Source: Candidatus Nomurabacteria bacterium (lineage in GTDB: Bacteria; Patescibacteriota; Minisyncoccia; Phycocordibacterales; UBA9973). Taken from it: a DNA stretch of 64,000 nt. The stretch lies in the NCBI GenBank assembly GCA_026395965.1, contig JAPLXS010000006.1, positions 10,851-74,850 on the forward strand, in the 5' to 3' direction. Below the pieces are notes generated by a model. That model ran no database searches. It was given only the letters and a program-made list of their open reading frames with translations, and was not told the origin of the DNA. Made by a program: the position numbers and the translations under genes. Below, piece after piece: positions 39,635-50,518 of the stretch (position 1 is the first letter of the stretch; the number at the start of each line of letters is the position of its first letter).

Positions 39635-40993
39635 TTAATCAAAGTAATTTTTAAGTCTTGCAATCTTTTCATTATTACGAAGCTTTTCATGTACCTTGGC
39701 TTCAATTTGACGAATACGTTCACGAGTAACACCAAATTCTTGCCCAACCTCTTCTAGTGTGTGTTGTATACCGTCGTTTAGACCATAACGAAGTTCTAAA
39801 ATCTTTCTTTCCTTTGGATTAAGAGTGTCAAGTACTTCTTTAATCTGGTCAGATAGAATTCTTCTTGAAGCATCCTGGTCTGGACGAAGTATCTTGTCAT
39901 CGGGAATAAATTCTCCACGAGTAGACTTTTCATCATCATCCCCTATTGGCTGTTCTAGAGAAACTGTATCTTGATTTATTTGTTCTATGATATGTATCTT
40001 TTCAACTTCTAGATTCATCTCTGTTGCTATCTCTTCTATAAGAGGTTCACGTCCAAGGTCTTGGGAAAGTCTTCGAACTACTTGCTTGTATTTAGAAATA
40101 GTCTCAACCATGTGAACTGGAATACGAATTGTTCTAGACTGGTCTGCAAGTGCACGAGTTATAGACTGACGTATCCACCATGTAGCATATGTTGAGAACT
40201 TATAACCTTTAGTCCAATCGAATTTCTCTACGGCTTTAAATAGCCCTAGGTTCCCTTCTTGAATCAAATCAAGCAGAGTAAGATCTGAACTACGGCCTAC
40301 GTATTTCTTGGCAATAGATACAACCAAACGAAGGTTTGCACGAGCAAGTAAGTTCTTTGCTTCCATGTCTCCTTTTTCAATACGATAAGCAAGATTCTTT
40401 TCTTCACTAGCAGGGATAAGTGGATACTGCCCAATCTCTTTCAAATACATTTGAATGGAGTCGTAAGTTTGAGAATCTTTACTGTATTTAAGAACTAGCT
40501 TGTCTGTACTGTTGTCAGTATCAAGTAGATTACCACCTTCTAGAACATCGACACCTGCAACAGACAATTTTTCATAAAGTTCATCTAGAAAAAGAATATT
40601 ATTTTCTATATCAGGGAATATTTTAATAATCTCATCATAAGTAATAAATCCTCTCTTTTTACCTTTTTCAATAATTTGGTTTGATTTGTCTTCAAGTTCA
40701 AATATTTTCTTCTCTACAGATGATGCTTTTGAAGATGTTGATGTACTAATTTTCTTTTTTGAAACAGTCTTTATAATAGGAGCTTTTACAACTTTTGATA
40801 CTTTATTAACTTTTTTTATAACTTTAACTGGAGCTTTTTTCTTTGCTACTACTTTTTTTATTGGTTTAACAACTTTCTTTTTAACCACCTTAGACATAGG
40901 TGTTTTAGACTTTTTAACAACTGGCTTTGCTTTAGTTTTTGTTTTAGTAACCTTTTTAATAATTTTCATTTTTTTTACCATTTTTTTTATCAT
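39635..40993 (-). CDS. rpoD: Primary sigma70 factor with Lys-rich N-terminal extension
   Basis: [44 protein letters not shown]. Confidence 0.95.
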   Translation of the reverse strand: MIKKMVKKMKIIKKVTKTKTKAKPVVKKSKTPMSKVVKKKVVKPIKKVVAKKKAPVKVIKKVNKVSKVVKAPIIKTVSKKKISTSTSSKASSVEKKIFELEDKSNQIIEKGKKRGFITYDEIIKIFPDIENNILFLDELYEKLSVAGVDVLEGGNLLDTDNSTDKLVLKYSKDSQTYDSIQMYLKEIGQYPLIPASEEKNLAYRIEKGDMEAKNLLARANLRLVVSIAKKYVGRSSDLTLLDLIQEGNLGLFKAVEKFDWTKGYKFSTYATWWIRQSITRALADQSRTIRIPVHMVETISKYKQVVRRLSQDLGREPLIEEIATEMNLEVEKIHIIEQINQDTVSLEQPIGDDDEKSTRGEFIPDDKILRPDQDASRRILSDQIKEVLDTLNPKERKILELRYGLNDGIQHTLEEVGQEFGVTRERIRQIEAKVHEKLRNNEKIARLKNYFD

Positions 40994-40998
40994 AGAAA

Positions 40999-42762
40999 TT
41001 ATTTTGATCTAAGTTTTTTAATGCCTTCTATTTTTTCGACTAATTTTTGATAAGCAATAATATCAGATTCAAGATTCTCTTTGTTATTATTTTGTTCTTT
41101 TTCATTGATTTTTAATAATAAATAAGAAGCTTGTTCCCGAAATATTTCTTCTTTTAAATTAAGTAATATTTCTTTAGTATCTTCTAAAAGAATATCTATT
41201 TTATCACCATACCACATCTCTGCCTCAAAAGATAAACTATCGGTAAACGGTTCGTAAAGAGAGAGCATTTTTTTGTAAGTATCTAATCCTATTTCTTCTT
41301 TAAATGAAGATTGTAATCCATTTATTGTATTTGAATGTTCTTCACTTGTACCTTTCCAAAAAATTATACCAAAGAATCTTTTTTCCAAACTATCACGACG
41401 AGAATTCAACCCTTGTTTACTTACCTCTTTATTTTGAATTACTATATTGGTTACCTTTTGTGTTTTTTCAAAATTCTTATAATCTTCAATAATAGCATTT
41501 TCAGAAATTCCTGTATTTCTATGTATCTCGTTTATATAAGCAGATTTTTCTATTGAACTATTTATCATTACCATAAATGGGAAAATAATTTCTCTAACTT
41601 TTTTCCCCCTTATCCTTATATCATTTGTTTCTTTACAAATCCTATCTAAATGAAAACTAATTATGTTGGTAGATTTTTTTATTATTTCACCCCATCTATT
41701 ATGATCTTCCAAGATTATATCGGCAGGGTCTTTTCCTTTTGGAAGTACTGCAACTTTGACTTGCATATCTAAAGATAGTGCAATAACAACAGAACGACTA
41801 ACAGCTCGAATGCCTGCATCGTCACCATCATAAGCAAATATAATATTTGATGAAAGTCGTCTTACTAAACCAAGGTTATTTATCTTTGATTCATTGTCTG
41901 TTGTTGTATCTGTAAAAGCTGTACCAGAAACGGCTACTGTATTTGTAAATCCCGCTTGATGAGAAAGTATCAAATCCATTTGTCCTTCAACGATGATACT
42001 GTAATCACGACTGCGGATAGAACCTTTTGCCTTATCTAAACCAAATAATATATTTGATTTATTAAATAGAGGTGTATCAGGACTATTGAGATACTTTGCT
42101 TCTTCTATGTTAGATGTGCTATCTATTTTTTTAAATATTCTTCCTGAGAAAGCTATTACTCTTCCACTTGAATCGCTTATTGGGAACATTATACGTCCAC
42201 GAAAACGATCATAATACCTATCGTCTTTTCTTTTTATAAGTCCAACTATTTCTATGTCTTCTTTTTTAAACCCCTTGCCAACAAGATGGTCATGTATATT
42301 ATTCCAAGATTCTGGTGCATAGCCGATTCTAAAATTTTTAATAGAAATATCATTTATACCTCTACTCAAAAGATAACTCCTAGCTTCTTTATTTGAATGA
42401 AATATTTTTTCAAAATAAGAAGTAGCTTCTTCCATTATTTCATAATAGATATCTGTTTTATCTTTTTCTTTACTTTTAAATGATGAGAGTTCTACTCCTG
42501 CACGTTCTGCAAGTATTTTCAATGATCCGAGAAAATCAGTTCCTTCAAAATGCTCAACAAAAGAAAATATATCCCCTTTAGCTCCGCACCCAAAACAATA
42601 ATATATTCCCCTATCAGGAGAGACAGAAAATGACGGGGTTTTTTCATTATGAAATGGGCATCGAGCTTTATAGTTCTTTCCTGCTTTTTCTATCGTTAAA
42701 TATGAAGAAACAACATCGACGATAGAAAGTCTCTCTTTAATTTTCAGAACTGATGAGTTCAT
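40999..42762 (-). CDS. dnaG: DNA primase
   Basis: [31 protein letters not shown]. Confidence 0.96.
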   Translation of the reverse strand: MNSSVLKIKERLSIVDVVSSYLTIEKAGKNYKARCPFHNEKTPSFSVSPDRGIYYCFGCGAKGDIFSFVEHFEGTDFLGSLKILAERAGVELSSFKSKEKDKTDIYYEIMEEATSYFEKIFHSNKEARSYLLSRGINDISIKNFRIGYAPESWNNIHDHLVGKGFKKEDIEIVGLIKRKDDRYYDRFRGRIMFPISDSSGRVIAFSGRIFKKIDSTSNIEEAKYLNSPDTPLFNKSNILFGLDKAKGSIRSRDYSIIVEGQMDLILSHQAGFTNTVAVSGTAFTDTTTDNESKINNLGLVRRLSSNIIFAYDGDDAGIRAVSRSVVIALSLDMQVKVAVLPKGKDPADIILEDHNRWGEIIKKSTNIISFHLDRICKETNDIRIRGKKVREIIFPFMVMINSSIEKSAYINEIHRNTGISENAIIEDYKNFEKTQKVTNIVIQNKEVSKQGLNSRRDSLEKRFFGIIFWKGTSEEHSNTINGLQSSFKEEIGLDTYKKMLSLYEPFTDSLSFEAEMWYGDKIDILLEDTKEILLNLKEEIFREQASYLLLKINEKEQNNNKENLESDIIAYQKLVEKIEGIKKLRSK

Positions 42763-42783
42763 TTATATTCTTTTTTGAGATTA

Positions 42784-45700
42784 TTATTGTACAGTTTCGG
42801 CCACTTCTTCATTTACCTCTACTTTTGCTTCAACTTTACGCTTTACACCAAATCCTGTTCCAGCTGGAATAAGATTACCAATGATAACGTTTTCTTTTAG
42901 ACCTCTTAGATTATCAATACCACCACGAACTGCATTGTTTATCAATACTCTGTTTGTATTTTGGAAAGATGCGGCTGACAACCAACTTTTTGTAGTCAAA
43001 GAAACTTCAGTAATACCCAAAACAATAGTTGTTGCTTCGGCTTTCTTGCCATTACCTTCATTTTCTACGCGGTTATTTTCTTCAATCAATTCTATAGTTT
43101 CAACAATTTCTCCTGGTGAGAAAGTAGTATCACCTGCATCTTTAATCTTTTTACGTGAGAACATTTGACGAATAATTATTTCAATATGCTTTCTTGAGAT
43201 TGATGCACTTTGCAAATCGTAAACTTTGTTTATTTCATCTACTATGTATTCTTCTGCTTTTTCTTTACTACCATATTTTACAATTTCATTTATATCAGCA
43301 GAACCATCAGTAATCAATTCACCTTTTTTGATTTGTGAACCAACTTTTATCAAAAGTTGACGACGTGAAGGAATTGTATATTCCATCTCATTACTACCCT
43401 TACCACTTACTGAAATTTTATTATCAGCCTTAAGGTCTGAAAGAACACGAACAATTTTTTCTTTTCCGTTATCAGCAATATCTACAACTTCTCCATCACT
43501 AATAGCGATGATAGCTGGATTCTTTGGAATACGTCTTTCAAAAATTTCTTCAACACGAGGAAGACCTGTAGTAATGTCGACTGTTGCGACTCCTCCAGCA
43601 TGGAAAGTACGAAGAGTAAGCTGTGTTCCTGGTTCACCAATAGCTTGAGCAGCAATAATTCCTACAGCTTGCCCTAGCTCTATCATATAGTTTCTTCCTA
43701 GGTCTAGTCCATAACAATTTCTACAAATTCCATGAACTGTCTCACAAGAAAGAGGTGTACGGGCAAATGCTTCTTTTACACCAGCTTTTTCTAATGAACG
43801 AGAATCTTCTTTTGTAACCATAGAACCTTTCTTTGCAAGAATTTTACCTTCACTGTCTTTAATATCAGCAAGTAAAACTCGTCCAATAATAAATTTTGCA
43901 AATACTCCATCAACGGCTACTATTTTTTTACCATTTTTTGTTCCACAATCTTCTTCTGTAACTACTACATCTTGTGCAACGTCAACTAAACGACGTGTTA
44001 GATATCCAGCCTTGGCAGTATTTAGAGCCGTGTCAGCAGCACCCTTACGAGAACCGTGAGTAGTGATGAAATATTCTAGTGGTGACAAACCTTCTATGTA
44101 TGATGGAATTATTGGGAAGTCTAGAGTTTCTCCTGATGTGTTTACAATCAAACCTTTCATTCCACACATCTGAACAAGAGAACCCATGTTTCCGCGAGCT
44201 CCTGAAGTTATAAGGTCAAAAGTAGAACCTTTTGGATCCAAAGTTTCTGGAATTATTTTTTCAATTTCTTTTTTAGCATGTTCCCATATTTCAATAACTT
44301 TCTGGTATTGTTCATTTTCAGAAAGAAGCCCATCGTTGAATTGTTCACGAACTAATGCTTCTTCTTTACGGTATTTTGCAACAATAACACCTTTTCCTTC
44401 TGGCACTCTAACATTGTCTATACCCCAAGTAACACCTGAGTAAGTAGCATAATGATATCCAAAATCTTTAATTTTATCCAAAACTTTTGGAGTTTGATCT
44501 ATACCATAATGAACTATAAGCTGGTCTACTAGCAAAGACATACGCTTGATAGTTATTTCTTCATTCATATAAGGGAAATCATCTGGGAAAATACTGTTGA
44601 AGAACAATCTTCCTACTGTTGTTTCAAATGGCTTTCCTCCAAATTGACTATAACGAACTTTTCCACTACCTAGAACTTTTATCTTTGCGCGGAAAGTAAT
44701 ACCACCTAAATCAAAAGCTGTGATTGCTTGGTTTGGACTTGAAAATGCCATACCTTCTCCTTTTTCACCATCAACTGATTTTGTCATCCAGTAACAACCA
44801 AGAATTATATCCATCTTAGGCATTACGATAGGAGAACCATCTTGCGGCTTAAGTAGGTTTTTATTTGAAGCCATGTATTCACGTGCTTCCATTTGAGCCA
44901 TTTCTCCAAGTGGTACGTAAACAGCCATCTGGTCACCATCGAAGTCAGCGTTGAATCCAGCACAGACTAATGGGTGTACTTGAATAGCATGACCTTCAAT
45001 AAGAATAGGATTGAATGCTTGAATACCAAGACGGTGAAGAGTAGGAGCACGGTTTAGAAGAACGTATTTACCGCGAATAACTTCTTCAAGTATTGCCCAA
45101 ACTTCAGGAATACCTTCTTCTATTAGACGATTTGCTCCACGAATATTGAAAGCAAGTTCTGTTTCTAATATTTTTGATATTACGAAAGGTTTAAATAGCT
45201 CAAGAGCCATGTGTTTTGGTAATCCACATTGATTAAGTTTTAGACCTGGACCAACAACGATAACAGAACGTCCTGAGTAGTCAACACGTTTACCAAGCAA
45301 GTTTTGACGGAACAAACCTTGTTTTGATTTTAGATTGTCTGAAAGAGATTTAAGTGCACGCTTTTGAGATTGAGACACAGCTTGTGAATCATTCTGTTTT
45401 GCGATTGAGTTATCTATAAGAGCATCTACTGCTTCTTGAAGAATACGCTTTTCGTTTCTCAAAATAACATCAGGAGCACCAATTTCCTTCAATTTCTTTA
45501 GACGATTATTTCTATTTATAACTCTACGATAAAGATCATTCAAATCTGAAGTCGCATGGCGTCCACCATCAAGAGCTACCATTGGACGTAGTGCTGGTGG
45601 TATTATTGGAATAACTGTCAAAAACATCCATTCTGGACGAATACCAGAGTGTATCATTGATCTTATAAGAGATAGTCTTTTTTGAAGTTTTTCCTTATCG

Positions 45701-46431
45701 ATACTTGATGCTTTTGGAAGCATATTTTCAGTTTCAATTTTTAGATTTTCCAAATTCATATTCTTGAAGAGTATGAATATTGCTTCAGCTCCAATACTTG
45801 CCTCAAAACAACTTCCGTATTTAAGACCAAAGTGATGATATGCTATTTCATTTAAAACCTTACCTGGTACTATTTCATTTATTTCTTTTTTAGTATTTGA
45901 TAAAAGTTCTTTGAATTTTTCCTTTTCTTCTTCATCAGTAATACTTTTTATTTTTGATTTGAATTCACTTTCAAGATTTTTTATTATTACATCTTTTTCT
46001 TCGTTATATACATTTGTGATTATATAACCAGCGAAATATATAACTTTTTCCAAATCACTTACTGGTATATTTAGAAGCACTGACATACGAGAAGGAACTC
46101 CGCGTAAAAACCAGATATGAGCAACAGGACTTGAAAGTTCTATATGTCCCATACGTTCACGACGAACTATAGAACGAGTTACTTCAACTCCACATTTTTC
46201 ACAGACAATATCCTTATATCTGATACGTCTGTATTTACCACAGTAACACTCGTAATCTTTTTCTGGTCCGAAAATTCTTTCATCAAAAAGACCACTTCTT
46301 TCTGAACGTCCTGTACGGTAGTTTATTGTTTCTGGTTTTGTAACCTCACCGTAAGACCATTCACGAATTGCTTCAGGAGATGCAAGTTTCAGAACTATTG
46401 AGTCAAAATTTGTTGTATCAATTGTTTTCAT
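42784..46431 (-). CDS. rpoC: RNA polymerase beta' subunit
   Basis: NADFDGDQMAV, KPETINYRT, GEPGTQLT. Confidence 0.99.
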   Translation of the reverse strand: MKTIDTTNFDSIVLKLASPEAIREWSYGEVTKPETINYRTGRSERSGLFDERIFGPEKDYECYCGKYRRIRYKDIVCEKCGVEVTRSIVRRERMGHIELSSPVAHIWFLRGVPSRMSVLLNIPVSDLEKVIYFAGYIITNVYNEEKDVIIKNLESEFKSKIKSITDEEEKEKFKELLSNTKKEINEIVPGKVLNEIAYHHFGLKYGSCFEASIGAEAIFILFKNMNLENLKIETENMLPKASSIDKEKLQKRLSLIRSMIHSGIRPEWMFLTVIPIIPPALRPMVALDGGRHATSDLNDLYRRVINRNNRLKKLKEIGAPDVILRNEKRILQEAVDALIDNSIAKQNDSQAVSQSQKRALKSLSDNLKSKQGLFRQNLLGKRVDYSGRSVIVVGPGLKLNQCGLPKHMALELFKPFVISKILETELAFNIRGANRLIEEGIPEVWAILEEVIRGKYVLLNRAPTLHRLGIQAFNPILIEGHAIQVHPLVCAGFNADFDGDQMAVYVPLGEMAQMEAREYMASNKNLLKPQDGSPIVMPKMDIILGCYWMTKSVDGEKGEGMAFSSPNQAITAFDLGGITFRAKIKVLGSGKVRYSQFGGKPFETTVGRLFFNSIFPDDFPYMNEEITIKRMSLLVDQLIVHYGIDQTPKVLDKIKDFGYHYATYSGVTWGIDNVRVPEGKGVIVAKYRKEEALVREQFNDGLLSENEQYQKVIEIWEHAKKEIEKIIPETLDPKGSTFDLITSGARGNMGSLVQMCGMKGLIVNTSGETLDFPIIPSYIEGLSPLEYFITTHGSRKGAADTALNTAKAGYLTRRLVDVAQDVVVTEEDCGTKNGKKIVAVDGVFAKFIIGRVLLADIKDSEGKILAKKGSMVTKEDSRSLEKAGVKEAFARTPLSCETVHGICRNCYGLDLGRNYMIELGQAVGIIAAQAIGEPGTQLTLRTFHAGGVATVDITTGLPRVEEIFERRIPKNPAIIAISDGEVVDIADNGKEKIVRVLSDLKADNKISVSGKGSNEMEYTIPSRRQLLIKVGSQIKKGELITDGSADINEIVKYGSKEKAEEYIVDEINKVYDLQSASISRKHIEIIIRQMFSRKKIKDAGDTTFSPGEIVETIELIEENNRVENEGNGKKAEATTIVLGITEVSLTTKSWLSAASFQNTNRVLINNAVRGGIDNLRGLKENVIIGNLIPAGTGFGVKRKVEAKVEVNEEVAETVQ

Positions 46432-46450
46432 AATTTAGATATTTAAGCTA

Positions 46451-49400
46451 TTAATCGTTCCCTAACTTTTTAAGATCAACATCCAATGCGAGACCTCGGA
46501 GATAATTCAGTAATACATTAAATGAAGCTGGAACGTTTGGTTCACCGATTGGGTGACCCTTAATAATGGCATCAAATGTCTGTGAACGACCAACAATATC
46601 ATCAGACTTAATTGTTAACATTTCACGAAGTGTATAAGCAGCACCATGTCCTTCAAGTGCCCATACTTCCATTTCTCCAAAACGCTGTCCTCCACCTTGA
46701 GCTTTACCTCCTAGTGGTTGCTGTGTGATAAGTGAGTAAGGTCCAATAGAACGCATGTGCAATTTATCTTCAACCATGTGGTGAAGTTTCAACATATACA
46801 TGTAACCAATAGCTACATCTTGATCAAAAGCATCTCCTGTGCGTCCATCATAAAGAGTAACTTTTCCACTTTCTGGTAATCCAGCTTTTACTAATTCAGC
46901 TTTAATTTCTGGAACTGTAGCAGATGAGAAAGAAGGAACTATAGCTTGATAACCAAGTGTATTTGCAGCATAACCTAAATGCATTTCAAGTATCTGTCCT
47001 AGGTTCATACGAGATGGAACTCCAAGTGGAGTAAGAATGATATCTATAGGTGTACCATCTGCCATAAATGGCATTTCTTCTTCTGGAAGAATAACAGAGA
47101 TAACTCCTTTGTTTCCGTGACGTCCTGAAAGTTTATCTCCAACAGAAATGTTTCTGATTTGAGCTATTTCAACAACGATTCTCTTTATAATACCTGACTC
47201 AAGATTGTGTCCTTGATCACGTGAGAATATTTTAACTCCAACAATTCTACCCTGTTTACCGTGTTCTAAGCGTAGTGATGTATCTTTTACATCACGAGCT
47301 TTTTCTGTAAAGATAGAACGAAGTAATCTCTCTTCTGGTGTAAGTTCTGTTTCTCCTTTTGGAGTTATTTTACCTACCAAGATATCATTTTCTTTTACTT
47401 CAGCACCTACAACAATGATTCCATCTTCGTCTAAGTCTTTAAGTTTGTTTTCACCTACGTTTGGAATATCACGAGTAGTTATTTCAGGTCCAAGTTTTGT
47501 ATCACGAACATTACATACAAATTCTGTAACATAAATACTTGTAAACTTACTTTGTTTAACTAATTTTTCGGATAGGATTATAGCATCTTCGTAGTTTGCA
47601 CCACCCCATGACATAAATCCAACAAGAACATTTTGTCCTAGAGCTATTTGTCCGCGATCTGTAGTACTTGTATCTGCAAGAACGTCACCTTTCTTTACTT
47701 TGTCACCTAGTGACACACTTGGACGTTGGTGAAATACTGAGAAATTGTTTGTACGAGAAAAATTGATAAGTGTATAAGTATGGTCTTTATCTTTTTCGTC
47801 TTTAACTGTTATTTTCTTTCCATCAACATGTGTGATAACACCATTTACTTCAGAAATAACTAAACGCCCAGAATCACGACTTGCTAATTCTTCCATTCCA
47901 GTAGCAACCAAAGGAGCTTCAGGCACGATACATGGAAGTGCTTGTTTCTGCATGTTTGATCCCATGAGTGTTCTGTGAGCATCATCGTGTTCTAAGAAAG
48001 GAATCATACTTGTCGCAACAGAGAAAGCTTGGTTTGTAGCTACATCGATAAAGTCTATCTCTTCTTTTGCAATTATTCCTGGCTTTGTTTTAAGACGAGC
48101 TTCAACTCTGTCTTCTATGATATTACCCTTTTCATCATAATCGATACCTGAATGAGCAATGTTGAATTTTTCTTCTTCAAGCGCATTCAAATAAACTACT
48201 TCTGAAGTAATTTTACCATTTTTAACTTTTACATATGGAGTTTCTATTATTCCAAATTCATTGATTTTTGCATATGTAGATAAGTGAAGAATAAGACCAA
48301 TGTTTGGACCTTCTGGGGTATGGATAGGACATACGCGGCCATAGTGAGATGTGTGTACGTCACGAACTTCAAGACCAGCACGTTCACGTGTAAGACCTCC
48401 AGGTCCAAGTGCTGAAAGAGTACGTAAATGTTCTACTTCAGCCATAACATTTTCCTGGTTCATAAACTGTGAAAGTTGGTTTGCTGTAAAGAACTCTTTT
48501 ATACGAGCTTGAAGTGGACGTTGATTTATTATTTGTATTGGAAGAGTAGTTCCTACATCTATAGTAGACATACGATCTTGAATGTTTCTCTTTATTTGAG
48601 ACATACCCATACGGAATTTTTGCTGAATCATTTCTCCAACATAACGAACACGACGTTGACCTAAGTGATCTATGTCATCTGCTTTTGAATGCAAATCGTT
48701 ATTTAAAAGAATTATGTTGTTTATGATAGTAACAACGTCATCTGCAGAGATAGTACGGCGCTCCATTTCTTTTTCGTCCATACTTTTTTCGAAACGCTTG
48801 TTGAAACGAAAACGTCCAACAGGAGAAAGATCGTATCTTTCAGCAGAAAATAGTGTAGTTATAAATTCGCGGGCATTGTCTGCAGTTGCTAAATCTCCAT
48901 CGCGAAGACGCTTGTATATTTCTATAAAAGATTCAGAAGGAGTCTTTGCTGGGTCTTTTTCTAGAGAAATAGTGATAGATTTCAAAGCTTCTTCATTATC
49001 AGCAAAAGCTTTTAGGATAGCTTCATCTTTATCAAGACCAAGTACACGTAGTAGTGAAGTAACAGAGAACTTTCTTTTCTTGTCTACACGTACATATATA
49101 GCTCCATCTGTATCTGATTCTATTTCTATCCATACACCACGAGCTGGGATTATCTTTGCACCAAAAAATCTCTTGGCTTTTAGTTCTTGTTCTGTAAAAA
49201 ATACACCAAAACTTCTTGTAAGCTGTGGAACGATAACACGCTCAACTCCATTGATTATGAATGTTCCATGTTTGGTCATTAGAGGAACATCTGCCATAAA
49301 GATTTCTTGTTCTTTTGAAGTTCCAATACTTTTATTCAAAAGTTTAACGCGAGCTTTAAGACCACCTTCATAAGTTAGTTTGTTTATCTTTGTATATTCT

Positions 49401-49624
49401 TCATCAAATTTTGATTCTCCTAGAGAAAAAGAAGTGAAGTCTAATTGAAATTTCTTTTCTGAATAATCGTTGATAGGAGAAAATTCTTTGAAGACTTCCT
49501 TCAAACCACTTTCTATCAACCAGTTGAAAGATACTAACTGATTTTCTATTAAATTTGGAAACGGAACCAATGGCTTCTTGTAACGCGCAAAATACTTTTT
49601 CTCTCGAGCAGTTGTTTTTTTCAT
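46451..49624 (-). CDS. rpoB: RNA polymerase beta subunit
   Basis: GRHGNKGV, GGQRFGEMEVWALE. Confidence 0.99.
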   Translation of the reverse strand: MKKTTAREKKYFARYKKPLVPFPNLIENQLVSFNWLIESGLKEVFKEFSPINDYSEKKFQLDFTSFSLGESKFDEEYTKINKLTYEGGLKARVKLLNKSIGTSKEQEIFMADVPLMTKHGTFIINGVERVIVPQLTRSFGVFFTEQELKAKRFFGAKIIPARGVWIEIESDTDGAIYVRVDKKRKFSVTSLLRVLGLDKDEAILKAFADNEEALKSITISLEKDPAKTPSESFIEIYKRLRDGDLATADNAREFITTLFSAERYDLSPVGRFRFNKRFEKSMDEKEMERRTISADDVVTIINNIILLNNDLHSKADDIDHLGQRRVRYVGEMIQQKFRMGMSQIKRNIQDRMSTIDVGTTLPIQIINQRPLQARIKEFFTANQLSQFMNQENVMAEVEHLRTLSALGPGGLTRERAGLEVRDVHTSHYGRVCPIHTPEGPNIGLILHLSTYAKINEFGIIETPYVKVKNGKITSEVVYLNALEEEKFNIAHSGIDYDEKGNIIEDRVEARLKTKPGIIAKEEIDFIDVATNQAFSVATSMIPFLEHDDAHRTLMGSNMQKQALPCIVPEAPLVATGMEELASRDSGRLVISEVNGVITHVDGKKITVKDEKDKDHTYTLINFSRTNNFSVFHQRPSVSLGDKVKKGDVLADTSTTDRGQIALGQNVLVGFMSWGGANYEDAIILSEKLVKQSKFTSIYVTEFVCNVRDTKLGPEITTRDIPNVGENKLKDLDEDGIIVVGAEVKENDILVGKITPKGETELTPEERLLRSIFTEKARDVKDTSLRLEHGKQGRIVGVKIFSRDQGHNLESGIIKRIVVEIAQIRNISVGDKLSGRHGNKGVISVILPEEEMPFMADGTPIDIILTPLGVPSRMNLGQILEMHLGYAANTLGYQAIVPSFSSATVPEIKAELVKAGLPESGKVTLYDGRTGDAFDQDVAIGYMYMLKLHHMVEDKLHMRSIGPYSLITQQPLGGKAQGGGQRFGEMEVWALEGHGAAYTLREMLTIKSDDIVGRSQTFDAIIKGHPIGEPNVPASFNVLLNYLRGLALDVDLKKLGND

Positions 49625-50014
49625 GATTTAAAAAATTATTATAACCAATAAAATCATTCTAGATATAAAGACATAATACCTCATTGTCATTTTGTAGTTC
49701 ATATACAAAAATATAAATAAGAGGAATTGATAGCACTATATATAGGAGTATTTTATTGATTATAAAATGAAAAGACACTAAGGCGACCAAACCTTACTGT
49801 TGATTTTTATTTATAATTACTGGCAGTGATTTTTTTTAACACAATGATGCTAAAAGCTTATAAAACTAGTGATTGATTTGCCATGACTCAATCTGTTCAA
49901 TCTGTATATTACACTATATTATTTAAGGATATTTGTCAACAGTTAGCCCAATATAGGAATTATATCCTCAATATCTATCTGAAAATATATAGTAAATGGT
50001 ACATAAAAATGGTT

Positions 50015-50518
50015 TTAATAGGGATTCTCTCTTAATTTTAGCTTAAATGCTAGAAAGCATGCAATAGGATGCAGAATATATGTCACTAATAAGGCTAAAA
50101 AGGCAAAAAGAAAAGAAATATAATTCAATATTACAAATACAATCCCTGTAAGAATCATATAATCTCCATGGTCTACAAAAAGCATAAATTCCCCTCCCTT
50201 TTTATGTATTCTTCTTTTTACGAAACTACCAAATAAATGACCAAAATAAACTAATATAGGAATACTCATCCATACTAGATTGTGGATAATACTATAAACA
50301 AAAAGGCTAGCTAAGATACTGATCAGAAGCCCTAAAACAGTCGTTGACTCCCCTAGCAAACGCTCTCCATTAAATTCAATATCTCCATCGAGAGGAATAT
50401 CTAATTTTTTAACAGATGGAACGTATCTTTTTATTACATATAAAAAATTCAAACAAATATTTGTACCCCATGCAATTGAAAAATATATAAGAAAATTATT
50501 AATTGTTAGTGGTATCAT
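50015..50518 (-). CDS. CDP-archaeol synthase (CarS/DUF46)-like membrane protein
   Basis: PLDG..GERLLGESTTVLG and GHLFGSFVKRR..G..VDHGD resemble CarS motifs. Confidence 0.65.
   Translation of the reverse strand: MIPLTINNFLIYFSIAWGTNICLNFLYVIKRYVPSVKKLDIPLDGDIEFNGERLLGESTTVLGLLISILASLFVYSIIHNLVWMSIPILVYFGHLFGSFVKRRIHKKGGEFMLFVDHGDYMILTGIVFVILNYISFLFAFLALLVTYILHPIACFLAFKLKLRENPY

Noticed and set aside
49625-50014. Long rpoB upstream region as a ncRNA or riboswitch
   Set aside because: A promoter is plausible near 49910-49940, but I could not identify a convincing structure or known motif.
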